A DNA stretch of 64,000 nt from assembly GCA_951813565.1 (NCBI GenBank), contig OX638351.1, positions 3,712,001 through 3,776,000 on the forward strand, in the 5' to 3' direction. Origin of the DNA: an uncultured Poribacteria bacterium (GTDB lineage: Bacteria; Poribacteria; WGA-4E; WGA-3G). Positions 30,636-40,021 of this stretch are shown here, in pieces (position 1 is the first letter of the stretch; every line of letters starts with the position of its first letter). Below the pieces are notes generated by a model, which saw only the letters and a list, made by a program, of their open reading frames with translations, was not told the origin of the DNA and ran no database searches. The translations under genes and the position numbers were made by a program.

Positions 30636-31393
30636 TCGTGATTGTTCTCATTTTCTTCAATAGGTAGTTTCAAATGTGTCCGAACTGCTTGGCGCACTTC
30701 TCCACAGATCTGCATCGCATGCTCAGCATCTTCAGCAGTCGGCAATTGTCCTAAGTAACGTGTATCCACAGCATGTTTTGATAATTCTGCAAGATCAGCT
30801 TTCCAAGAATTCCAAGAAGGTTGTGAGGGTAGAATCAGACCCAATAATTCTACTAAATTGTGTGTCCTTGAAGCAGGGATATTCGCCTCTTGAAGCCATG
30901 CTTTTAGATATTTTTCTGCACATTGCTGAGCATGAAAGCAGATAATACGATATATCGGATTCGGACCTTGCTGAATTTGCTTTGCAGCATCGTAATCGCC
31001 TTCAGCTATTTCTACCCATTCCAAAGTTATTGGATTCAATTCAGTATTCTCTTTTTTAAGAGGTTTAACATAAAAATCTTCAGATTCATATAGCACTTCC
31101 CCTTTTTCAGTGACTTCGCGGAGAAACCAATCGTTGTGTGAAATGCGATAAGCGATCTCTTCTGGTGAACGTACGAGAAGGTCCATGCTGAATCGGCGCG
31201 GAATCCGTTCCCGAATCTCTGATGCTTGGCGGCGCGCTTCCGATTTCTCTACCGGCATCACGACTAACAGATCTACATCAGAATATTCCGAAGGCGTGCC
31301 ATACGCATAGGAACCAAAAAGAATAACTTGCAGCGGCGCAAACTCACGCACGATGTCATCACATGTGGCTTGAATGTCTTTGCGGCTAACCAT
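30632..31393 (-). CDS. Fused minimal nucleotidyltransferase (MNT)-HEPN protein
   Basis: ILFGSYAYGTPSEYSDVDLLVV followed by ICFHAQQCAEKYLKA...RTHNL...DTRY. Confidence 0.85.
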   Translation of the reverse strand: MVSRKDIQATCDDIVREFAPLQVILFGSYAYGTPSEYSDVDLLVVMPVEKSEARRQASEIRERIPRRFSMDLLVRSPEEIAYRISHNDWFLREVTEKGEVLYESEDFYVKPLKKENTELNPITLEWVEIAEGDYDAAKQIQQGPNPIYRIICFHAQQCAEKYLKAWLQEANIPASRTHNLVELLGLILPSQPSWNSWKADLAELSKHAVDTRYLGQLPTAEDAEHAMQICGEVRQAVRTHLKLPIEENENNHE

Positions 31394-31428
31394 CTATTTG
31401 CCTCTGCTTGCAATGAATTTATTAGGTT

Positions 31429-31770
31429 TACAGTAAAATCTAAAAACACCTGGACATTTTCTTAAGGTTAGCGGCGTTTAATGTGAATGCCATACGGGGA
31501 ATGCCAAAAGGCATTCATACCCGGTGAATGACTAAAGACGAATGTGCTTGGTAGAATACGCTTTTGGTATTCTACATGATTCGCCATGATTCATACCGTT
31601 GATTTCTTGATTTGGCGCATTCACCAAGCGCAATTCATTGCCAAATCAACGCCAAGCGCACTTGGGCGAATACGCGTATGGTATTCGCCATGACTTGTCG
31701 CCTCGGACATTTATGGTGTGTTTGAAATCCGCATAAGAACAGAATGTCCAAATAATTATGGGTTTCACTA
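31429..31770. mobile_element. IS630-like MITE filled with palindromic repeats
   Basis: Imperfect TIRs TACAGTAAAATCTAAAAACACCTGGACATT / AATGTCCAAATAATTATGGGTTTCACTATA. Confidence 0.5.
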
Positions 31771-31787
31771 TAATACCCCAACATCGG

Positions 31788-32521
31788 CTATACATGTGGC
31801 GCTTTTTCAGGATTTGCCAACTGATTAATATACGCTTCTTGGTAGGTTCCCCAATTTTCAGTGGGTGGAATATCAAAAAGACCAGAGGTCCAAACTTGGG
31901 GCTTCTTTTGAATCCGCATCAACATATCGCGAGCATTGAGGCAACGGCAATAATCATGAAGGTTTTCAATAGTAATGTTTTTATCAAGAAATTTTTGTAG
32001 CCACTCACTGCGTGGATAATGTTCATCCATTTCGGTCAGTGGAAGCAATTTGCCACCATATTTCAATACTTCAACACCGTTCAAAACATGAACTTGACTG
32101 ATAGTGGATGCAGCGTGCCGTTCTTTGTACTGCGTGTCAAAACGTTTTACCACTGACTGCACTCTATCAGGTTCGGTGGGTTGTTCAACGGATGTCCGGG
32201 TTTCAACATGAATTCTTTCCGAATGGTTTTCGGCAGCATCTCTGAGTTCTTCCATTCGTTCGCGAATTCTTTCAACCCTTTCCTCTGCGTTGTCTCGGAA
32301 TTCCTCAACTTGCTCTTGAATTCTTTCAACTTGCTCCTCCGCAGTTTCCGCTTTTTGTTCCATTTGTTCGCGGATTCTTTCAACCTGCTCTTCGGCGTTT
32401 TCTCTGGATTGTTCAAGTCGTTCCTGAATTCTTTCAACCTCTTCCTCAATGTTACGACTATATTCTTCTGATTCTTCTTGAAGTTTTTGAATCTGTTCTT
32501 CAACAGTTCTCCGATGCTCTT
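31788..32521 (-). pseudogene. 3' part of a coiled-coil repeat protein, 5' end cut off by IS605
   Basis: 18-aa repeats (AEEQVERIREQME-like); frame stays open upstream of the called Met up to the IS right end at 32522. Confidence 0.75.
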
Positions 32522-32613
32522 GTCATAGGTACCCACTACCTAAAGGTAGGGGCTTGTGCTTCCTTGCGACTGCGGTTTTCTCAGAGAGTTGACCGTCTTA
32601 GTGTCGCTCCACT

Positions 32614-33726
32614 TTAGGCAGCCAAGCCTGCCCGTTTGATATTGATAGCAGCGTTGGTGTCTCGGTCGTGGTGTGAACCACATTCGGAACATGTCCACTG
32701 CCTATCAGAAAGAGAGAGTTCTTTGTTATGGTATCCACAATCACTACAAGGTTTTGTTGTTGCTATCCATTGAGAGATTTGCACAAGTTTTTTGCCGTGC
32801 TTCGCACACTTCTGTTCCAATATCTGAAGAAACTGGTAGAAAGAATGGTCAGAAACTTTACGCCCCCATAATCGTTTCATACCGTCAAGGTTCAGCGTTT
32901 CAAAAATGAGTGTGTCAAACTCTACACAAAGTTTTGAGGCAAGTTTCCATTGCCAATCTTCTCTTTGTCTGGCAACCTTTCTGTGTTGCCTTGCTAAAGC
33001 ACGGCACGCACGATAATAGTTGTTAGAACCTTTGACTTTACGACTGAGTGCTTTGTTGAGAGATCGCAACGTGTTGAGTGATTGTTTGAAAAACTGCGGG
33101 GATTCTATTGTGTCCCCTTCGTCGCTTGTTAGGAATGTTTTGTTTCCGTAATCAAATCCTGCGCTCTTACCCGTCTTGGGTTTGGGTTCGGAATCCTCAA
33201 CATTCTCACACGAAAAGCATATCCAATAGTCACCGCACCTGTCACGTTTGATTGTGATCGTCTTGATGACACCTTTGATTTCACGGTGTTTGTGAAAGGA
33301 AAACCATGTATCTATACAGTTGATTTTGATACGGTTCCCTTCAAGTTTGTAACCCGCTTGTGTGAAGGTCATGGAGTTGTATTTGTGTCTCGGTTTGATT
33401 TTCGGTCTACCCACTTTACGCGTTGTTTTGCCCGCTTTTCGGTCTTCGATATTCTCAAAGAAAGCGTCTTGAGATTTACCATAACGTAGGACAACGTCTT
33501 GAACAACTTGACTCGGCAAGTCCGCCCAGTGTGGTTTAGTTGTTTTTTTGAGTTTCGCAACATGTGCCTTCAGACGATACGCAGACAAATTTTTGCCGAA
33601 CATGCGATAATACCTACGTGCCAAACGCATGATATGCACATGGATTTCCCACATATCATCAAGCATATTGCCGAGTTTGATTGTGTTAGATTGGTTTTGA
33701 AGTTTGAACTTGTCCGCTTTTCTCAT
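32614..33726 (-). CDS. tnpB: RNA-guided endonuclease TnpB
   Basis: RuvC residues GFDYG, IFETL, HDRDTNAAINI; Zn ribbon CSDCG...CSECG. Confidence 0.92.
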   Translation of the reverse strand: MRKADKFKLQNQSNTIKLGNMLDDMWEIHVHIMRLARRYYRMFGKNLSAYRLKAHVAKLKKTTKPHWADLPSQVVQDVVLRYGKSQDAFFENIEDRKAGKTTRKVGRPKIKPRHKYNSMTFTQAGYKLEGNRIKINCIDTWFSFHKHREIKGVIKTITIKRDRCGDYWICFSCENVEDSEPKPKTGKSAGFDYGNKTFLTSDEGDTIESPQFFKQSLNTLRSLNKALSRKVKGSNNYYRACRALARQHRKVARQREDWQWKLASKLCVEFDTLIFETLNLDGMKRLWGRKVSDHSFYQFLQILEQKCAKHGKKLVQISQWIATTKPCSDCGYHNKELSLSDRQWTCSECGSHHDRDTNAAINIKRAGLAA

Positions 33727-34142
33727 TGTCCGCTTTGACCTTCAATATAGTCTTTTATCACTTGAAGTGTTACACCACCACAGGAACTCACAAACTTGCT
33801 CCGTGTCCAAAGAGAGGGCAAACGACTTTTCAAACTTGGGTATTCTTCACGTAAAACTTTAGCCGTATAGCCTTTGATTTTTCCAACGATTTTATCAATA
33901 GAATGCATTGGCGGGATTTCTATGAGCAAATGGACATGTTCAGGTTGTGTTTCAACCTCACGGATTTGATACTCATACTCGTCTTGTTTTTCTTCTATGA
34001 GTTGTTTCAGTCTACCTTGTATTTGTGTCTCCAAAACCTTACGCCTATACTTCGTACACCAGATAACGTGATATTGGCAACTATAGACTGTTTTGTTGCT
34101 TGTTTTGTAATTACGTTTCTTATTAGCGATTTTTAGTGGCAT
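33723..34142 (-). CDS. tnpA: IS200/IS605 Y1 (HUH) transposase
   Basis: YHVIWCTKYRRKVL, EHVHLL, LWTRSKFVSS, YIEGQ. Confidence 0.93.
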   Translation of the reverse strand: MPLKIANKKRNYKTSNKTVYSCQYHVIWCTKYRRKVLETQIQGRLKQLIEEKQDEYEYQIREVETQPEHVHLLIEIPPMHSIDKIVGKIKGYTAKVLREEYPSLKSRLPSLWTRSKFVSSCGGVTLQVIKDYIEGQSGQ

Positions 34143-34252
34143 AATATCTTACCTTTTCATTACAGTATATGATATATTATACCATATTTTGATTAGATTG
34201 TAAAATATATTTTTTATTAAGTTTTTAGCCGTCTACATCCCCTACCTAAAGG

Positions 34253-35931
34253 CTTACTATTACCCATAAGTTTATGGAACATGTCCATCAATAAGGTTCT
34301 GACCGATATTGTTTTGTGTGTATTGGTGAAAAAGAGCAAAGGTGTCAGAAATATCACTAAGCCTTTGCCATCCTCTCCAAATAACGGTCACTCCAGGTTT
34401 ACCATCGGACTTTCGTCCTAAAAAGCCACCCAGTTTGGCGATCCAAACAACGACTTCAGACACAGTTGGTAGTTTTTTCGGTAAAATGTGCGTCTTATGT
34501 GTTATACAGTAAAGTGCTTTCCACTCAACTTCAGTCAATATATGTGTGCAGTCCGTATCCGGTGCCTGCCGATTGATGATTGTCAACCAATAAAGACGCC
34601 AAGCAATCACGCTCAGCAGGGCAATAAAGCGTAGGAGTCTCTCTTGGGTTTGGAAGCGGACTTCCTCAACTTTCGTTCCTGATTTGAGGATTTTGAAATA
34701 GACTTCAATGTGCCAGCGTTGCGTATACCAGTCTACCCGTTCAATCGCATCTGAGAAATCTGTCACTTTCACATTTGTAAGGAGCAGCCATTCCACAGGT
34801 GTTGTGCCATCGGGTGGGTTCGTCTCTATCACCCATACGAGATATATTTCCACAGCAGGCAGCTCTTGGGAGCGTGATGCTTGCGAACGATGCGGTGGGA
34901 GAAGCGTCGTTTTTGTGAAACTAACGCTCAGAGTTGCTTCTCGGGCAGGTTGGGCACCACGCGCTGCAACTTGTATGCTAAACTCACCAGCAACCGGTAG
35001 ACTTTCTGCTAAAGCACGCAATCTACCAACATCATTATCAACCACACGATCTTGCGCAGCACGCATTACAAAAGGCATCTCTTGTGCTTCAACGAAAAAC
35101 TCATAAATATCAGCTTCACGATCACAAATGCAAATCACCTCAACACCTTCTGGGGCTTCGGATTTTATTGCCGACACTGCTTCAATCCACTTGTAGCTCT
35201 CTTTTTCTACCAGCGGTCTGGATTTCCGTTTTTTTTCTTGTGTCGGCGCATCCCGAACCCACACTTTATCTGTCAAACACCCAAGCGGGAGCCCCGACCC
35301 ACTCACGATGAGTGTCGTGTGTTTGACAAAACCATAATGGTGATGAGACGAGGCACCAATCGGACCTAAACCTTCTGTTGACGGGTGATCGGTGTAATCC
35401 AGATAGGTTGTATCTTGTATAGCAAACACACGCTGATACGCACACATCCGCGCAATCGTCTGTCTAAAGTGAGGTGCCAATATCTTCTCTGAAGAAACCT
35501 TTTCATTATCAAATAAACGATAGGCACCCTTCACCGATGCCCAATCGCCACACGCAGCGTTGATGGTTGCGGTAGGATGTGCCGCCAACGCATCTGCAAC
35601 GCTGAGCAACCTTTTATTTAGACGGGCATCTCCCAAATCAAGACCCGTAAACTCTTCAATACTCCAAGATGTAGATAACTCTTTCTTGTTTGTAGACATC
35701 ATTATTCACTCCAATGTATCAGATCCATAAGTGTTACTTGTGTTGGTAATAATATCTATTGAACATAACACAAATGTTCTTGATATGCAAGTATATTATG
35801 ACCCAATGACCCAAGCGAAAATACACTTATCTTGACAGCACAGGTGAATGTAAATCAAGAAAATAGATGTCTGCACTTTATGTCGAATTTATGATCAATA
35901 GTAAGAATTTCGACTTATGGGTAATAGTAAG
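34253..35931 (-). mobile_element. IS4-family (IS50/Tn5-like) insertion sequence
   Basis: Perfect 19-bp TIRs CTTACTATTACCCATAAGT / ACTTATGGGTAATAGTAAG; no TSD. Confidence 0.92.
34272..35702 (-). CDS. IS4-family transposase (Tn5-like)
   Basis: LGDARLNKRL, IQDTT, CDREADIYE, YTQRWHIEVYFKILKSG (YREK), LGGFLGRKSDGKPG. Confidence 0.95.
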   Translation of the reverse strand: MMSTNKKELSTSWSIEEFTGLDLGDARLNKRLLSVADALAAHPTATINAACGDWASVKGAYRLFDNEKVSSEKILAPHFRQTIARMCAYQRVFAIQDTTYLDYTDHPSTEGLGPIGASSHHHYGFVKHTTLIVSGSGLPLGCLTDKVWVRDAPTQEKKRKSRPLVEKESYKWIEAVSAIKSEAPEGVEVICICDREADIYEFFVEAQEMPFVMRAAQDRVVDNDVGRLRALAESLPVAGEFSIQVAARGAQPAREATLSVSFTKTTLLPPHRSQASRSQELPAVEIYLVWVIETNPPDGTTPVEWLLLTNVKVTDFSDAIERVDWYTQRWHIEVYFKILKSGTKVEEVRFQTQERLLRFIALLSVIAWRLYWLTIINRQAPDTDCTHILTEVEWKALYCITHKTHILPKKLPTVSEVVVWIAKLGGFLGRKSDGKPGVTVIWRGWQRLSDISDTFALFHQYTQNNIGQNLIDGHVP

Positions 35932-35940
35932 CATTTAATT

Positions 35941-37078
35941 GAGGGGTGTGCATAATTGAATTTAGTCAGGATATAGGTTATACTCTTATCTTAAAGGATA
36001 AAAGAAAGGGGTATTAACCATGTGTTATCCTGACCAAAAGTATTATATCATGTTTTTCTTTCAACGCTACAAAGATTTTGAGGTGTCTATCAAATACAAT
36101 CAAACTAAAGGTAAAGGGAGACCTAAAATACATTCTGATAGTTCACTTGTTGTCTTCTTCGACTTTATGGAACTTAGAGGTATAAATCGGTTCAAAGCAC
36201 AGCATCTATTTCTTCTCACACATGCAGACTGGTTGAAGCGGTTCAAGTTCAAAAGTGTCCCTGATCGAACGACCTTATCCCGTCACTATAAACAACTAAC
36301 ACTGCGTATTGAGCAGTTTGTTGAGTATCTCGGTGATTTGGGTGTATCTTTGGACACTCAGACCCCCCGAGAAGTTGTGTTTGAAGACAAAAGTCTCTAT
36401 AAAGCACAAGGCAGCGTTTGGCATCAAAAAGACCGAAAGGCAAACCACATCCCCGAAGGATTGCGCAACCTGGATACAGATGCAAGTTGGTCAACAAGCA
36501 AGTATCGCGGATGGGTTTATGGGTATGGACTTCATCTCACAACTACTGCCAACGGATTTCCACGGTTCGCCGATGTTTATACTGCTTCTGTGAGTGAAAA
36601 AACGGGACTTGACCAAAAGATTGATGCGCTGCTTGATCGGAATATTAGGTATATCGTAGCAGATGCTGGCTATACTGACTTTGCGCGTATCCAGACACAC
36701 GCAAAAAACGGATTATTCCTTTTGACACCCATAACGGGTGCTAAAAACAACAAAAAGTTAGCTTATCTTGAGGCGATTGAAACATCACCACACCTACAAG
36801 CATATCAAGAACAACGCAAAACAGCGATTGAACCGGTTTTTAGTCTGTTGAGCGAACTGACAGGAACAGATAATAATCAGAAACAACTTCCGGTGAGCCG
36901 TATTGAAAATGTCAAACCCTTTTTATTATTGTCAATCGTCCTGCTACAAATAGCAATGTTAGTCAACCTAATTTGGAACTTACCAAGTAGAGAAGTTTCA
37001 CGGATGATCGCTTTATTTTAATAATAAACTCCGTGTGAAAATATACTATTTTGTTATGAGTATTTATGCACACCCCTC
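35941..37078 (+). mobile_element. Insertion sequence with a DDE_Tnp_1 transposase (family uncertain, IS982/IS5-like)
   Basis: Perfect TIRs GAGGGGTGTGCATAA / TTATGCACACCCCTC. Confidence 0.85.
36020..37021 (+). CDS. DDE transposase
   Basis: PDRTTLSR, DTDASW, GWVYGYGLHL, VADAGY, RKTAIEPVFS. Confidence 0.85.
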   Translation: MCYPDQKYYIMFFFQRYKDFEVSIKYNQTKGKGRPKIHSDSSLVVFFDFMELRGINRFKAQHLFLLTHADWLKRFKFKSVPDRTTLSRHYKQLTLRIEQFVEYLGDLGVSLDTQTPREVVFEDKSLYKAQGSVWHQKDRKANHIPEGLRNLDTDASWSTSKYRGWVYGYGLHLTTTANGFPRFADVYTASVSEKTGLDQKIDALLDRNIRYIVADAGYTDFARIQTHAKNGLFLLTPITGAKNNKKLAYLEAIETSPHLQAYQEQRKTAIEPVFSLLSELTGTDNNQKQLPVSRIENVKPFLLLSIVLLQIAMLVNLIWNLPSREVSRMIALF

Positions 37079-37863
37079 ATATAACTAAATCCATTTACAC
37101 TATTTAAAATTCTGTCTTACTTCGCTGATGGGGTAGTTGACAACAACTCCTCACGACTAAGCGTTAACGGGGAAGTGCCTCGCTGTGAGCGATATGCATC
37201 GGCTGGCTGGCTTCGCATGATTATAAGGTCGTCACCATCCCGCTCAATGCTATCACCCGCGACCAATGCAGTCTCCAATTTTCTCATACTGGTTAAAAAG
37301 TTTACTGTTACTCTTCCTGCTTCCTGCTTCCTGCACATTGATAATCCAACCATTATCTGTTTTGACGCGGTTAAATCGCAGCGGAATATCCATGGATTGC
37401 AGCTGATTGACGTTTACAATAAATCCGCTTCCTGAAGCGTTATGATCTGTATTTTCAGCAAGTTCGTTATTACCATTTTCGTCTGCCATTTTTGTCTCCT
37501 TTTGCAGAAGTATTAACTTATTATTACGTGAGTTTGATAAATAGTTAGGATTTCTACATTTCCTCTTAAAGTCCTCTGATAAGGGGGATTTAGGGGTTAA
37601 AAACACCAAAATAACGATTTTTTCAGCAAATATGCCCGTTCTCTGTTCAATTTTTGCCTGTCCAGTTAATTATCAAACTCACGTTATTATTGTAATTCTA
37701 CCTAAAGATATAGATGTTTGTCAACTCCTTTTGTCAGACCCGTTCAATTCTCCGTTAGTTTTACTGTCTGCTCAAGATTTCTTCACCTTAAAAGCGATCC
37801 CCGGTTACAATTTCTCACTAAAGTGAGCAAAAACTAAATATCTCTACAATAATTAAAAAACAG

Positions 37864-37894
37864 TTGACAAAAATTGTGTGTGTGTGTGTACAAT
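37864..37894 (+). promoter_or_regulatory. Candidate promoter with a (TG)7 microsatellite in the spacer
   Basis: TTGACA-19bp-TACAAT with TG x7 at 37875-37888. Confidence 0.45.
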
Positions 37895-38229
37895 CATAGA
37901 CAGATATTGTAAAATATCTTGATGTTTTGTGCATTTTTAGCAAAAAATTAACATTGTTCGCTATTTAATCTATATTTTATCTGTAATACCAAATTAACAG
38001 AATTCGTCTTGTTTTTCCAGTGTTTTTTCTACTCTTCCGCTCCAGCGGAGCGGTATGTAAAGACGATGAATCAAATGAATTTGGTATAAGCATACCAGTG
38101 AAGTCAAAGGACCTCATGAAGCGAACACTAACTCACATTCAAAGTGCCTAAACGACAAACGTTATAGTGAGTCATATTTTACAACAGACTTCCCTAACAA
38201 GGGAGTCACAATCTAAAGGAGGTGCAACA

Positions 38230-39000
38230 ATGTTTTGGCGCAAAAATTGGCATTGGCTGCTGGTACTTATTGTTGTTATTGGCGTTGGTGGGTTTATTCT
38301 CTTGAAACCTAAGCCTCCTACCGCTGAGAAAAAAGTCTATAATGTACCAGACTTTAGTCAGGTTCGTAAGGATGCGTCCAGTAAAGGTGATAAAACACCA
38401 ACGGAACAAACCGTTGCAGAGAACACAGAAACCCCAGAGGAAAAACCACTGGATCCTGCAAACGAAACTTCCGAAACACCACTTGAATCTCCTGGGGAGA
38501 GTGTTCCCTTAGAAGACGTTGAGAACACGACAACACCTGAAGCAGGTGCCGATGATTGGCGAACTGGCGACTACGGTGAGTCGCTTTTTGGATATGGTCC
38601 TTACCCGAAAATTCCTTCGGATTTTCCTGAAAGGTATAGGCCTATTTGGACTCACGGTGTTATTAATCTTGCGGGGCTGCCAGAGGAAATTAAGGAACAT
38701 AAACGCGTTGAGGAATTGATGTATCGAATTCGTATCAAGTTATGGAATGACGGGCGCACCGATATCACATCTATCAGTTTGGACCCTACCACAAATAAAG
38801 TATATCCATTTACGGCGAATACGGTAGTTGTTGGGTACGAAGGCACAGGAGCTGCAAAACGAGTCTTTTCTATCTCTGCAGACCCTAACTTTTCTCAAGA
38901 TTTAATCATACGAATCCAGTCTGGTGAAAAACCGCCAGGTATTCAGATAATAGATAAAGATACTGGTGGATTTAATGTGTATGAATTTTTAGAATTATAA
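38230..39000 (+). CDS. Membrane-anchored protein, pair family component A (copy 3, divergent)
   Basis: AAAGGAGG RBS, N-terminal TM, E/T/P stalk, SLFGYGPYPKIPSDFP, ELMYRIRIKLW, GFNVYEFLEL. Confidence 0.8.
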   Translation: MFWRKNWHWLLVLIVVIGVGGFILLKPKPPTAEKKVYNVPDFSQVRKDASSKGDKTPTEQTVAENTETPEEKPLDPANETSETPLESPGESVPLEDVENTTTPEAGADDWRTGDYGESLFGYGPYPKIPSDFPERYRPIWTHGVINLAGLPEEIKEHKRVEELMYRIRIKLWNDGRTDITSISLDPTTNKVYPFTANTVVVGYEGTGAAKRVFSISADPNFSQDLIIRIQSGEKPPGIQIIDKDTGGFNVYEFLEL

Positions 39001-39019
39001 TCCATTCGGAGGAATTAAG

Positions 39020-39553
39020 ATGAAAATTAAAGGTTTTTCTTTACTCAGTTGTTTGTTAGTTTACATAGTTGTCGTGCTTTTTACACTTGGCGGCAGTCGG
39101 ATTGGAGAAACACATAATTCGGAGGCACTTGATGGACTTTCAGTTAGTGGCAACACGTTTGCCCTAGGTTACCCACGGGGAAATGGAAATATAGACGTAG
39201 ATGTAGGTGGTGCCGGAAGTGGACATGCACCAATAACGGTAAACAACAATTCTACAATTGCGTATTTTGACCTTGAGGTAACAGTAACCGGCAAAGAACC
39301 GAAAAGTGAGACACAATTCGTACACGATGGTAGGATGGTGTACGTAGTTGAAAGTAATGGCTTCGAAGCAGAAGCAGGCCAAGCTTCAGGCAAAGCGGGA
39401 CTTTCCCTTTACGGATCCTTGTCTTATACGGATATTGATACGCTAAATACTATCTATTATGTACATCACCATGAGTTTGAAAGCAACTATCCACCAAATG
39501 ACTACGACGAGGATAATGGTGCTAATTTAGGAATGCAAAGCGATATCCATTAA
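39020..39553 (+). CDS. Secreted hypothetical protein, pair family component B (copy 3)
   Basis: GGAGG RBS, hydrophobic signal, G/N/D-rich mature part, followed by a hairpin at ~39603-39637. Confidence 0.75.
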   Translation: MKIKGFSLLSCLLVYIVVVLFTLGGSRIGETHNSEALDGLSVSGNTFALGYPRGNGNIDVDVGGAGSGHAPITVNNNSTIAYFDLEVTVTGKEPKSETQFVHDGRMVYVVESNGFEAEAGQASGKAGLSLYGSLSYTDIDTLNTIYYVHHHEFESNYPPNDYDEDNGANLGMQSDIH

Positions 39554-39644
39554 GAGTTATCAAATGCATGATTAGCAAACCACTTAATCTTAACCCTACT
39601 AAAAGAAGAATGCCTTTCACATACAGGCATCCTTCTTGAATTTA

Positions 39645-40011
39645 CTATAGTTTGGACAATTTACATATTGTTCGAGGACTTGCTGAGAAACTGTTAGGTG
39701 TCCAAAGCAAAATATTGGACACCTGTCGCCCCGCTGGGGCTTTAGACAGCGGCAATTACCTTCTTCTATATACCTGTCGCCCCGCTGGGGCTAAGGTGTC
39801 ATCTTATATTATTTATATTTTCTGCGATTTTGCTTGCTGAAAGAACTCGTCCAAAAATACCTTTTGGGCAGCCCAGCGGGGCGACAGGTGTATAGAAACG
39901 CGGTAAACAACCCGCTTCAGCCCCAGCGGGGCGACAGGTGTCCAATATGAAAACTATATGTTTTTCTCTAACCCAACCTCACGAAAACAGCTAAAATTGT
40001 CCAAAGTATAG
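39645..40011. mobile_element. MITE, CTATAGTTTGGACAATT family, with 9-bp TSD
   Basis: TIRs CTATAGTTTGGACAATTTT / AAAATTGTCCAAAGTATAG; TSD TTGAATTTA; four internal ACCTGTCGCCCCGCTGGG copies (2 direct + 2 inverted). Confidence 0.88.
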
Positions 40012-40021
40012 TTGAATTTAA

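Larger units (their letters stand above)
32522..34252 (-). mobile_element. IS200/IS605-family element (tnpA-tnpB, same orientation), left end truncated by IS4
   Basis: Right-end hairpin CCCCTACCTTTAGGTAGTGGG then ...TGAC; only a half hairpin CCCCTACCTAAAGG remains at the left end. Confidence 0.88.

Noticed and set aside
32147..32536. 129-aa K/R/N-rich ORF
   Set aside because: Alternative frame of the coiled-coil repeat gene, starting inside the IS605 right end
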